57,197 nt of DNA from Girardia tigrina. Lineage: Eukaryota. Both the position numbers and the translations under genes were made by a program. Shown here in pieces: positions 24,539 to 36,558 of this stretch (positions within the stretch are counted from its first letter, which is position 1; every line of letters starts with the position of its first letter). The notes beneath the pieces were generated by a model. That model was not told the DNA's origin. It worked only from the letters and a program-made list of their open reading frames with translations, and ran no database searches. Where the stretch lies: the NCBI GenBank assembly GCA_001938485.1, contig MQRK01193085.1, positions 6,241 through 63,437 on the forward strand, written 5' to 3'.

Positions 24539-24835
24539 TTTTGCTATTTTAAAAGTAATAAGTATTATTATTATATTAGTGTGTTTTGTTTTAATGCATC
24601 AAATAAAATAAATATAATAAACGTTAAGAGATATCACGACATCCAGACATTTTGTCATTATTTCAAAATCCGTTTGACAAATGAAGTTACTCCTACTGAA
24701 ATGAAATTGAAGTTTAAATCATTTAATGAACCTAACCAAGTAACTTAAGAGATAAATTATGATCAAACTAACCTAGTCAAAGCAGCCAGACCAGTAGGGC
24801 GGCCTAGACTAGTCAGGCTTCCTAGGTTAGTTGGA
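24539..24835 (+). pseudogene. Putative small divergent reading frame with an AT-hook-like RPVGRPR motif
   Basis: A frame open from 24539 with a single TAA (24746) reads ...VKRYHDIQTFCHYFKIRL...NLVKAARPVGRPRLVRLPRLVG. No clear start codon. Confidence 0.3.
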
Positions 24836-27108
24836 CAACATCAAGTCGCTTCAGGAGAATATTTTCACGAATATCATTCCACAATTTAACGAAGCGGTTA
24901 TTTTGACCGATTTTATCGGAGTTCCGAGAAATAATTTGTTTAATTCGATTAATAACGCTTTTATCGATAAAATCAAATTGAAATTATCGAACAGTCGGAG
25001 TCTGCGGGCGACACATTTGAGCAGGGGGGACGCGATGATTTACGTGACCGATATTGGTGACACTGATTACTTCACTTACAATTATTCTCGTTATTACTGT
25101 TTGAATAGTACAGTTGATGCAAGTAATTTTAAGATTTTGGTGCTCACATTACATTATTTCAAATCTTTTAATAAAATTTCTTAACTTCTACTAAAATGTT
25201 TTAAAAATCAATAACGATAATTGATCGGTAAATTATTCGAACAAATTGAATTTGATTTGAAAACAGAAACTATTAGTAAACAGAAATTAAAATAAAAGGA
25301 AAAAAATAAACTATGCAAAGAAACGATAATAAATAATTAATCTAATTATAATTTTTATAACCCCTTTATGAACGAATCTGAAATAACATTTCTATATACT
25401 CCTTTTAAGAATGTAATGTGCTTCTTTTCAATCTAAACATCGAAGATTAGGAAAACAATAAGTTTCCTAAAGTTTTTGAATGTTCAGTTTTGAATATACC
25501 TAGAAAAATAATTAAAATTCTTATAATTTTTGATTTTACTTATTTATTTTATTTGTTTTCTTTAATTCAGTTTTTTAAAGAATTGCCAGATGGTCAAAGC
25601 TTAACTAAATCCTTAATAAATATTGAAATGTTGATAAATTTCAAACATTTTTGTATTAAGATATTACTTAATACTTTTAAAACTTATTCTTTTTAAATAA
25701 ATAGAATTTTAGATTCTTTTAATGTTGTGTACATTTTTATATAGAAAAGTGAAATAGCTAAAGCAGCACGATCAAAATATTGGCATATGGCGAAATTTGT
25801 TTTGTAATGACGATTTTTCAATAAATAATAAAATATTTTATAATTTTTAAGAAAAGATTATTTGATATCATGCAATTTTAAAATTTACTGATAGCTAATA
25901 CGTATCCCCAATTTGATGATTCTTTTAGTATTATTGTTGAATTTATTTTGTTTTGTCTGTACTAGTGTTAATAAAATTATTAACATTTTCTAATTCAAAG
26001 TAAAGAAAGCAAAATGATTTCTTTGATTTTCGACATGAGCTAAGGGTAAAACAGTTTGAGAAAAACTGCTTGTTTGATCCAATGAGCTACAAGTCAAGAG
26101 CCTAAAAGGCTTAAGCAAAAGCCCTTCAAATACAAGCGGATATGGATCGCTTGTGAAGCTTATTAAAAACAGAAAAGTATGAATATGCTAGCTTGCAAGA
26201 AATGAGCATTGTTCAGAAATGAGCATTTCAAGAAGCTGGGATGATCAACGTATTCCTTAGACCATGTTTGAATATATAAACCGATTTTTATGAAAGTTTA
26301 ATGAGAAGTTTAATGAGCACGTTTAATATTTAGATGAAATACTGATTATTTTTGTTGATTAAATGAATTTTTTTGTTTTGTGACTTACAGAGATTTTTTC
26401 TATATATTTTAACTTTAAGGGTTATTCAAATCATCAGTGATCGTTTCTTGATTGATTTTTTGTATGATTTTAGAAAACTTATTAATTGTATTATATAAAA
26501 AATAATTATAAAATAAAAAGTTATTTAAATATTAATTAAATAAAAAAGAAACTTAGGATTTTATGTTTCATGAAAAATATTTTAACAGTAAAATGAAAAA
26601 AATTTAAAAAATCATGATTTAAAAAATTACTTTTGCAAAAAATTATTAAATAAAATTAAAATGACCTTGAGTTGTTTATATAAAATAAATTGTTTGATTA
26701 TGAGAACGAAATTTTTAGAATTTTGATTATTGTGGAAATTCGGAACATTTTTGTACGTGATTTGAATAATTTTTAAGAATGAAATTTTGTTTTAAGAATT
26801 AAGTCGAAATCGTTTTTTGTGAATTGTTGATTGTAAAGAAATTTTGCGTAAAAATGATTTGGTAAATTTTTTCGTGAAAGAATTTTGAATTAAATAATAT
26901 TTGCTTTGTTAGAAAATTAAAATTTATGAGGGGTTTCGGACTTTTTTGTATTTCAATACAAAAGTAAATTGTCGATTAATATTTTATTAAACAAGTTGTT
27001 TATGAATTTGTTAACAATAAAAGAATTTAATCGTTTTGTAGTTATGAACAGGTATTGAATTCAGTTCGCTGATGAAAATTTAATGGTTTTAAAAATTACT
27101 TTGAACTG

Positions 27109-27562
27109 AAATCAAATTGAAAATTTTAAAAATGAGATAGTATGAAAATTAAATTTTTTAACTTTGAATTTAAAAATATTCTTTATAAATTTATTTGATT
27201 TAAAATATTAAACAGATAACAGATAAAGCAGTATTTTTAAAAATAATAATTTTATTTGAATTTTATTAAAAATATTTTATTAAAATCTGTAAAAATTTTT
27301 TTTTCAAATTTTGAAATCAATTAAGGATATGATTAAAAACTTAAATACTTAAACATAAAAATATTGATTATTAAATATAAGTAAATTAAGTGTATTCTTA
27401 AATATTTTATAAAAATTTGAAAATTAAAATTAAATATTATTTCTATTTGATTTAAAATAAATTTAAAATTATTTGAAAATAGAGATCGGCGGATTGATTA
27501 AAAATTTAGGAAATAGTTGAAAATTTTGTTTGAATAATTTAACGTTACGAATACTTCTCACA
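27109..27562 (+). repeat. AT-rich dispersed repeat, copy 2 (of 4401-4907)
   Basis: Collinear similarity as for copy 1. Confidence 0.85.
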
Positions 27563-28009
27563 GTATTATATATTTAATCGAATATAACGCGAAAACGCTT
27601 TTTATAAGCAATATAAAACAGGAAAATATTCAAATCTTAAAAAAACGTAATTAATTAACGTCTGGTAATAAATTTAAGTGATATTAATTTTTATTCGATC
27701 ATTAATTTAATCATCGAACGTTATAATAATGTCAATAATGAATTGAAGTACAATTTTCAAAGAATCAATTCCGTTCAAGATATTGTGTGTTCTTTCAGTC
27801 TTTATGATTCTAATATAAAATATCAATGTCCGTTGACACCAAATCGTTTGACAGTCCTGATATGGTTGTTTGAGTTCCATTCAAACTTCAATGTCAACCC
27901 CAGTGAGCTTAGATTATCAGTAATTTATTTATGACAAAGAGACCCCCATAACTGCGACTGATTTTCAACACCACTGTTTTATCCTGTAGATTTTCTTCTA
28001 TTTATTTTT

Positions 28010-28600
28010 ATGTACTTTCGCCGTGGGTGCACTAAATTATAGACAAGACTTTGCTACGGCTCTCTAATTACAGCTGTTCTTCTCAGAATTTCCCAGTTCC
28101 ATTCACTACATGCCTTTAAGAAGTCTTCCAATTATCCCTGAAGTCTAAATCTTTCTTCTACCACTTTTCCGTTAATCATGGCTTTTGTTAGTTCTTGTGT
28201 GATCTGCGTAGAAATTTAGCTTGCTTTTTAAGTAGTTTCTTTTATTGAGTTGGCTCTTTCAGCCATTATTTCGTCTCTCTCTTTTTGACAAAGTCATTTG
28301 GTCTCTTTTATTTCACGTGATCTTTAAAATTCTTCTGTATCACTTCATTTCATACGCTTTAAGTTTAGCGATGTTCTTCTAATTTAGTGTCTAACTATCG
28401 CATTCATAAAGAATGTTACCCAGACAATAGTTTTATTTATATTTATTTCGCTCTTGAGGTAGATTTATTTCAATTTAAAAACTTTTCTAATGTTTATGTT
28501 TGTTGGAGTAGCAATCCTGTTTTGTATTTCTTCTTCCGTTTCTCCATTTTTAGTGAAGATTTTATGGAAGTTAGAATAGATTCAATACGAAATTTTATTA
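28010..28600 (-). mobile_element. RTE-like LINE 3' remnant
   Basis: The minus strand gives IFTKNGETEEEIQNRIA, KTIVW, ECDS.TL...KLKAYE and MINGKV, the post-RT region typical of the RTE clade; very decayed. Confidence 0.6.
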
Positions 28601-30325
28601 CAATACTGAAGAGTATTAGTGATATGTGACTGGTATTTAAAACGTTTTACATCTTAATCCACCTGAAATCGATTTGGCCTGTATAAAACCATCACTGAAG
28701 AATATTTGCCACTCTAAAACGAAAATTAAAACGGATCTTAACTGATTGTGATCAATTGACAGTAAAAATGTCAATCCAGAAATATTTCTTATTGTTAAAA
28801 GTCTTCATATTCATCTATTTCGAATCATGTATTCATTATTATAAAATTGAGGTTAGAGCAATAATTAATTAAAAGTAGTTAATTAATTGAAATAATTAAT
28901 TAATTGAAAATTAAAATCTTAAAACTAATCAGTCTTCAATAATAAAAACAAATGTATAGTTTTAAATAATGATAAATACTTAAAATACAATGAAAATAGT
29001 TTAATAAATTTAAAACGTCTGTTTATCAATTGTTTTATTTTATTTTTCAAATTTATCTTGCTATTAAAAACAAAAATGAAAATTAAATAATTTATATAAA
29101 ATAAATAAAACAGTTATAGAATTTAATTCTTATATTTAAATCTTTCTTTTTTATAAAAGTATTCTTAATAATTTAAAAGTAGAATTGAAAAAAAAGTTTC
29201 TATGAAAAGACTTTTAAATTAAATTTATTTATAAAAAAACATTTTGACAAGAAAAATTACGAAGAAATTAATTAATTAGGAGCACTTAGAAAATGAATTT
29301 TTAAACCCTAAAGAATAACAGAGAGACATTTAAAAATGATACTAAAACTTAAATTTTATATATAAAATATAACTAGAGGCCGATTTTTTAATGAATAATT
29401 ATATTATAATAAATTATTGTAAAATTATCTTACATAAAATTAATGAAAGTCCCTTTCTTATAAAACTTATAAAATTTATTTTAAAAATGTTGCGAATAAA
29501 GACAAACTCAAAAACATTAAATATTCATTTAAAAAATATAATTCACAAAGGAAAAAATATTCCAATATTAATTTCTTATATTATATATTTTTTGTAAAAA
29601 TATTTATTTATCAAATGATAAAATTATGTTTTGAAAAAAGAAATCCTTTAAATTAATTTCAAAATCGTTTTTTTTGTCTTGATTTATGGTTTGATTTCAT
29701 TGTGGGTTCAGTTCAATTTTGTACATTAATTTATTTTGTCACAACACGATCATTTATGTTGCAATCATTTTATATAGTTTGTTTTTCAAAATTATTTCCA
29801 ACGACATTTAATTGAAGAATCAATTTCAAATGATATTAAAAAAAATATTCAAAAAATATTTTAAGCACTTATTACATCTGTTTTTATGTCTCATTAATAT
29901 TAAAATTAGTTATTTTGATTATCCATTTGCTTCCATTTTCCAGTCTGTCTGATTCCGTTTCTGTAGACCGTGGACCAGATTACCGTTTCGACTAGGTACT
30001 GAAGCAAAAACACCATCATTTTGAGATATTTGTGAATTATATTTTCGGGTTCAGTAAAAATGAATAACTTTTGTTATTAAAGGAAAATTAATTGTGAAAA
30101 AATAAATGTTTTTATTCCATGATAAACTGTAAAAGTACATTTCTACTATTTTTTTTGTTGTACACGTGTATGTTTTATTTAGTCATGTATTTTTTTTATT
30201 TTTTATAATTTTTAAAGACGTATGTAAAATTTCTTTTTATTTTTTAACGAAAAGAAAAAAATTATTTTTATTTAAAAGAAAAAAAAGAAATAAAACAAAA
30301 TAAAAGAAGATGAAAGAAAATCAAA

Positions 30326-30560
30326 ATTAACACCATTTTAATTTTAAATTTTTATTTGAAAACATGTTTCGCCACTTTTGTGGCATCTTCAGTTCTGTAT
30401 TTAATTAGAAAGTTATTGTTTATATAGAAAGATGACCATTACGTCACAGTGTGTTACGTCAAAATACTCTAATATGATTGGACGAATCACTTTGCACATT
30501 TAAACTAGGTTTAAGAAACATGTTTTCAAATAAAAATTTAAAATTAAAATGGTGTTATTT
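30326..30560 (-). mobile_element. Penelope-like 3' end with short inverted flank
   Basis: 30361-30512 is near-identical to 35510-35661; 30326-30370 is repeated inverted at 30513-30560. Confidence 0.75.
30358..30395 (-). ncRNA. Hammerhead ribozyme (PLE)
   Basis: GAA-CTGAAGA-T-GCCAC-AAAA-GTGGC-GAAA-CATG-TT-TTC: perfect 5-bp stem II and palindromic AACATGTT stem III. Confidence 0.8.
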
Positions 30561-31609
30561 TTGTTTATTGACGAAATTGCCATTTGATTTAAAGAAACTG
30601 AAAGAAAATCATTTATTTTTCCCCGTTATTTATTTTAGTCCAAAATAATATTCTCTAAATAAGAATTAATTATCCGATAAAAAATCAATGAATGTATGGA
30701 TTAGCAGTTACCACCGAATGAATTAGTAAATCTGATCATGAATTGAAGAATTTCAATTTTGCTCTTGTTGATAAGATAATCCAGCAGTTTCTAAATCAAG
30801 TTTTTTCGTCAATCAACACAACCAAAAAAAGTTGTAATAGGAAGATCATATTGTATCAAATTACTATTGAACTGTTTTCTTGCAATTGCTAATCCCAAAT
30901 TTTCGTTAGAAGAGATCCGAAGAATTGTTGATTCGCGTGATTGTTCTATTCGGGTTGACATCTTCAATTGCTGATCTATTGACATCAATTATATTGACGA
31001 TCATTGTTATCATTCATTTTTTATCGTTGTTACATCTGATTACATCGAGAGGTTACTATTTTTTATTTATTTTCGTTCATCAATTTATATTAAAGTGTTG
31101 TTAGTAATATATTTTACTTGTCTCAAGTGATTTATTATTTGTGTCAATTAAAAAGATAGTAAAAATCGATTTATTCACGTACAATTTTCATTAAATTGTC
31201 CATTGAATATTTCTTACTGGGGTACATCGATTTCTACATAAACGATCTAAATTCGTGATTGTATTAGTAAAAACTTCTGTGTAAAAAATTAATTAAATGA
31301 GTTGTAAAAAAATTTTTAAAATGATGTGTTCGAAAATCGTAAAGTTATTATGTATGAGTAATCAGAAATTTACATGTTAGTTCTTTAATTGGAAAAAAGT
31401 TTGGAAATAATTATTTTTGTAATTGTCAGAAATACTTTCATTTGAGCAATGAGTATTGCACGAGATTTGAACAGTTTCAAAGACAATATTTTCAAACATA
31501 AATTTATGGTTATATGTTTAAAATATTCATGAAAATGGTCGATAAAAAGCAAAACATGGCTGGTTGAGATTGTCAGATAATGGAATTCATCAACGAAAAT
31601 GAATTTCTA

Positions 31610-32832
31610 TTAGGTTGAGGAATAAGTTCCCGCCGTTTTTTGAATTTTTAATCAATTTAATATTTAAATCAAATTTTTTGATGTAATGTTATATGTTATT
31701 TGAAAACTATTGTTTTGCTCTAAAAAATGATGTATTTTGTTTTTTTATTCAGATTAATTTTTGTCGATTTTTAGATCATTGAAATAGAGTGTCAAGTCGA
31801 CAAAAATGAGCATTTCCGACACCATCTATTGTTTGCGTAGAATCGAGGCGCCAAAGCCGCAGACGCTACCCGAGAGCTTTGTGCTGTATACGGAGAAGGT
31901 TCTATAGCTGATAGAACCGCTCGTGATTGGTTCGCAAAATTTAAAATTGGCAATTTTGACCTCAAGGATGCACGTCGTTCAGGACGACCAAATGAATTCG
32001 ATGAAGAGCGTTTGAACAAACTTTTGCACGAAGACGCGCGCCAAACCACTCTTGAATTGGCGGAACAAATGGAATGTGATAAAAAAACTGTCGTGAACCA
32101 CCTGAAATCAATGGGAAAAGTTCAAAAATTGGGAGCTTGGGTTCCACATCTTTTGACCGAAAACAACAAAAACCAGCGATCCACAATTTCGGTGAGTTTG
32201 CTTGCCCGTCATCGTTCTACTTACAGTCATAAGGAACAATTTCTTTATCGAATTGTAACGGGTGATGAAAAATGGTGCCTGTACGTCAACATGAAATAGC
32301 GCAAAGAATGGCGTAGCCGAGAAGAACAATCGACACCGCGAGCAAAACAGGATCTTCATCCACGAAAGACAATGCTATGCGTTTGGTTGGGTTAGGAAGG
32401 GATTATTCACTATGAACTGCTTCCTCGAAACCAAACAGTGAACGCAGAACTTTATGTTCAATAGCTGCATAGACTCAACGCCGCTATAAGACAAAAATAT
32501 CCAGATCGACAACATGGCATTATTTTGCAACACGACAATGCACGTCCTCATATTGCCAGAATGACAAAAGAAGCTATTCAAACGCTTGATTGGGAAGTGT
32601 TACCGCACCCTCCGTATTCACCTGACTTGGCTCCATCTGATTTTCATCTTTTCCGTTCGCTTTCTAACGCTTTGCGTGGTGTTTCCTTCAACAATGATGG
32701 AGAACTGCAAGTTTGGTTGGCTGAATTCTTCGAGTCTTCTTTGATATTTGTGATTAATTTGTAGTAACTTTTTTGCTAAAAAATAAAATTTTAATTTTTC
32801 AAAAAACGGCGGGAACTTATTCCTTAACCCAA
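31610..32832 (+). mobile_element. mariner (DD34D) transposon, near full length, inactive
   Basis: TA TSDs; ~35-bp TIR TT(A/G)GGTT(G/A)AGGAATAAGTTCCCGCCGTTTTTTGAA. Transposase ~31785-32740 with WVPH, VTGDEKW, QHDNARPH and YSPDLAPSDFHLF; several in-frame TAG stops. Confidence 0.97.
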
Positions 32833-33510
32833 TATTTGATTCAATCATCTCTGAATAACTGAGTTGAATAAAATTGGTATAGGTTCGGGGATGACAGTGA
32901 AATGTCGAGTTTTGAAATTGAATCAATTTTTATTGATTTTTAACGAGATAAAAAAGTCATAGTTCAATTTCGCAATTCCTTGGATTGGCACAAAAATGCT
33001 TGGTTCCATACGGTGGTTAAGGTCTGCAGTCGCCTCGGGAAGTGTGATCAGACAAGGAAAGCAAAGAGAGAAAGTCTATACTTTTCAACTATTCTTTGAG
33101 GTAGAGACAAATAATTTTCGCGGTTTTTGATAAATAACTTTTTTGTTATTTAAAAACTGAATAAGTCTATAAATATTTTTTGAACCTAAAAAAACACTTT
33201 TTATATTTTCTTTTAATTAAAAACATAAGTTTTAAATTTATTTTATTAAAAATACATTTGAAATTAAGAGATATCGAGATATAATAAAACGAAATTCGAG
33301 CCGATAATCTCCATTAATTCAAAAACTGATAATTTAACCACTTCGTTAAAACAACCGTAATTAGGTCTAACTCTGATATATTAACTGTTAACTCCTTTCA
33401 CAGAAATTGAATTTTACAAGTAGTAAAAATTATAATTATTTATAGAGTGGTTTAAATTAAATTAATTTCATTAATGTTGATTTACTGATGTACTTAAATT
33501 ATTAGATATC

Positions 33511-33547
33511 TTTATTAATTTCAACGGTTTAACCGTCATCGTCAGAA
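33511..33547 (-). ncRNA. Hammerhead ribozyme (PLE)
   Basis: TT-CTGACGA-T-GACGGT-TAA-ACCGTT-GAAA-TTAA-TA-AA. Confidence 0.7.
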
Positions 33548-33620
33548 CAAATGATTTTTCAAACGAAATTTACTTATATAGTGCAGTTAATGATTATGTA
33601 ATCAATACATTTAAAAACTA

Positions 33621-33975
33621 CCGGAATTTTCCGTAAATAAGCGCATGTGCCTGTATTTAGTTTTTATGTTTTTATGTGTTCAACAAAGTCCCCGAAAATA
33701 GGCGCATTAGCTTATTTTTAGAAACTACCATTTTTACCTCACGTATAGCAAGTGTAAAAAAGTTTAAAATAGCTAAAAATCCGTAACAGTTGAATTGATT
33801 AAAAAATAATTCTTGAGGTTTTCATTGAGGTTGAAACCACTACAATAATTTTTTGATCAATTCAAATGGAAGCAAAAACTCAGTTTTTTTGTACCCAAAA
33901 ATAGGAGCATGCGCCTATTTTTGGAAACAAAAACTTAAAATAAGTGCAGGTGTGCTTATTTTCGGAAAATCCCGG
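33621..33975. mobile_element. Tc1/pogo-type MITE inserted in the PLE arm
   Basis: TA TSDs; TIR CCGG(A/G)ATTTTCCG(T/A)AAATAAGC(G/A)CA. The opposite PLE arm (~34455) shows the empty site. Confidence 0.85.
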
Positions 33976-34543
33976 TACCATAAAAGTTGTAGAGAATGCA
34001 GTTTAAACGTTAATTTTAGGATCTAAAGATCTTATATGTGACGCTTCACATGTCACTCTCTCCCAATAATTTTTAAATTGAGCGCACAGAATTTTAAAAT
34101 ATTTTGAATTGATATCTGCTTTAAAATGTCTTCTATGTCTTGTAATGTTCCTTCATTACAATTGTTTTCCTGGATTTTCATACATAGATGACGTGAAGTC
34201 TCTTCAATGTATGTTGCGTTACACCCATTACATGTATATTGATATATGAAATCCGAACACAATCATAACAGCGTTGGAGATTTATTGCCGAACATTTTTT
34301 CAATTTTTTGTACAGGAGATGTAAATTCACAACACTTTAAAATTCTGTGTACTTAATTTAAAAATTATTGGGCGAGAGTTACATATGAAGCGTTATATAT
34401 AAGATCTTTGGATCCTAAAATTAACGTACAAACTGCATTTTCTAGAATTTATTTGGTAATTTTTAAATGATGTACTGATAATGTATTGATTACATAATCA
34501 CTGACTGCACTATATAAGTAAATTTCGTTTTAAAAATCATTTG

Positions 34544-34580
34544 TTCTGACGATGACGGTTAAACCATTGAAATCAATATA
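34544..34580 (+). ncRNA. Hammerhead ribozyme (PLE), decayed copy
   Basis: CTGACGA-T-GACGGT-TAA-ACCATT-GAAA-TCAA-TA; mismatches in stems II and III. Confidence 0.5.
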
Positions 34581-35507
34581 TTTTGATTGGCTTAGAAATT
34601 TTCTGTTTGATAACTTGCTAATTTATTCAAATTTTTATATAATTACCGACTTTCGACTTATCGGTTTAATTTATTTTAATTTTTTAAGATATATGAAAAT
34701 TTTATTGATTATAATTTATAGTGAAAAACATTTAAGATTTCAAATATTGTAATAAAAAAAATCCATAATCAGCCTTTCGCCAGGCAAAGCATGTTTTCAG
34801 AAAAAAAGTTTTTTTTTAAAAATAGATATATGATCGAATTTAGAAAAAAAATCGTCTTAAAAATTTTTTAATCAATTAAGTCAGAAGGCTTTAAAATAAT
34901 GAAATGAGAAAAATTACGAATCCTCACAAGTTCAAAGTATTCAGAATTCATGTATTAGACATTTAAGCTTAAAAAGAAATAAATGCTTCAGACTTTAGAT
35001 TTTAAAAACCTATATTGACCATTGCAACCAATAAACAACAAATCAATTACCTCTATGCTGGATTATTAGTGTTTTCGTATGCGCCAAACCGCGCATACGA
35101 AGTAAGTGAGTTAACTCGAATACTTTACGCGATATAATATCTTAATATAATATAATATGCCTGAAAATTCAAGGCCTTTGGTGGTCGACCATACTAAAAT
35201 CTAGTGACATCTAAAAGGTTAAAATAAGGAATTAAGGAAATATTTTGATTAGTTAATTATGATTATTCAAATAAATTATTTGGTTTCTTTTTATCATTTT
35301 TACTAATATATTTCAGGAACTCTGATGGGACTATTTTGTTCCAATTTTGAGACCTTAAAAAGTTTTTTTCTGATCAAATTTTCACATAATCATTTTTTGT
35401 CATCGAAAATGAGTAACTGGGCAAAGTTTCGAGAAAATAAATTGAGTAAAAAGCTTTCAAAAATAGGTTCTAAATTCCATTATAATTTATATATAAATTT
35501 ATATTGT

Positions 35508-35990
35508 AAAACATGTTTCGCCACTTTTGTGGCATCTTCAGTTCTGTATTTAATTAGACAGTTATTGTTTATATAGAAAGATGACCATTACGTCACAGTG
35601 TGTTACGTCAAAATACTCTAATATGATTGGATGAATGACTTTGCACATTTAGACTAGGTTTACAAAATTTTATCAATAGTGCTTCAGTAATTGTCCTTTC
35701 ATAATTCTGATCAAAGTTACTAATCAAAACCCGAAAATCATAATCAAATACCCTCCTTTGAGTTCTATGACATTTCACTATGTGGTCCAAAATTGAGCTT
35801 TTTCTACTTGATTGGGTATGTTCTGCAATTCTAGAACAGAGCCTCCGTAACGGAGGTGACGATTTGTCTCTCCAATGTACAAGGATTAACACTTGTGACA
35901 TTTATATTGGTAAACTAAATTTGCTTTCATACCCAATTGTGTTTTAGACACAATAGTATTTCGACAAATAGTATTGTTTTTCTACATAAT
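35508..35990 (-). mobile_element. Penelope-like GIY-YIG endonuclease fragment + 3' hammerhead (35508-35544)
   Basis: NLVYQYKCHKC*SLYIGETNRHL, a frameshift, then CSRIAEH...SSILDHI...EALLIKFCKPSLNVQ, followed by CTGAAGATGCCACAAAAGTGGCGAAACATGTT. Confidence 0.85.
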
Positions 35991-36480
35991 AAACATTATG
36001 CGCAAAGCTTTTGTTTCTAAGAAATCAGCTAAATGCAGTGCTGATGGATTGACCCAGCAATAATAAAATCTGTAATAATTATTATTATGTTCGAGGACGG
36101 AGTTCTATGGCATATTGTAACACATAAGATAAACGACGAATCAAACTAAAAACATTAAATCAATTTTTCAAAACTCACAAACTACTGTATTTATTGTGGA
36201 TTTAATTATTAAGTAAAATGTTCGTCCAATTCTGTGGAGGAAACAATAAAAATTAGATCATGGAATGATAAAAAAAGATTGGAAAATCGGGTGTCAACCT
36301 CTGTGGAGAAAAATTAGCCAAATTAATGGGCACCACAATTAAAAACCAACCTAATCTAGTAAAAGTATAACCGAATCTGCTGTTTTAAAGTAATTTACGA
36401 TACTAAAGTTACATATACTGTGAATCACATATAATTTGTTTAGGATATTAAATCTTTAAAGCTAAGATCTCTGTCATTAA

Positions 36481-36558
36481 CCTTTCGTAACATGGTGTGA
36501 CACTTTTGTAACAAACTGTTGTAACTCTTACAGAAGTGTCACACCATGTTACGAAGGG
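36481..36558. mobile_element. 78-bp piggyBac-like mini-MITE
   Basis: TTAA on both sides; 31-bp TIRs CC(T/C)TTCGTAACATGGTGTGACACTT(T/C)TGTAA; 16-bp spacer. Confidence 0.8.

Larger units (their letters stand above)
33511..34580. mobile_element. Penelope-like element with inverted terminal duplication
   Basis: GIY-YIG IYQYTCNGCNATYIEETSRHL (34053-34262 minus). 34335-34580 is a diverged inverted copy of 33511-33620 plus 33976-34100. Each arm ends in a hammerhead. Confidence 0.85.

Noticed and set aside
24831-25184. 117-aa ORF next to the TBP insert
   Set aside because: TTG start, no recognisable motif, and it straddles a compositional boundary; not supportable as a gene.
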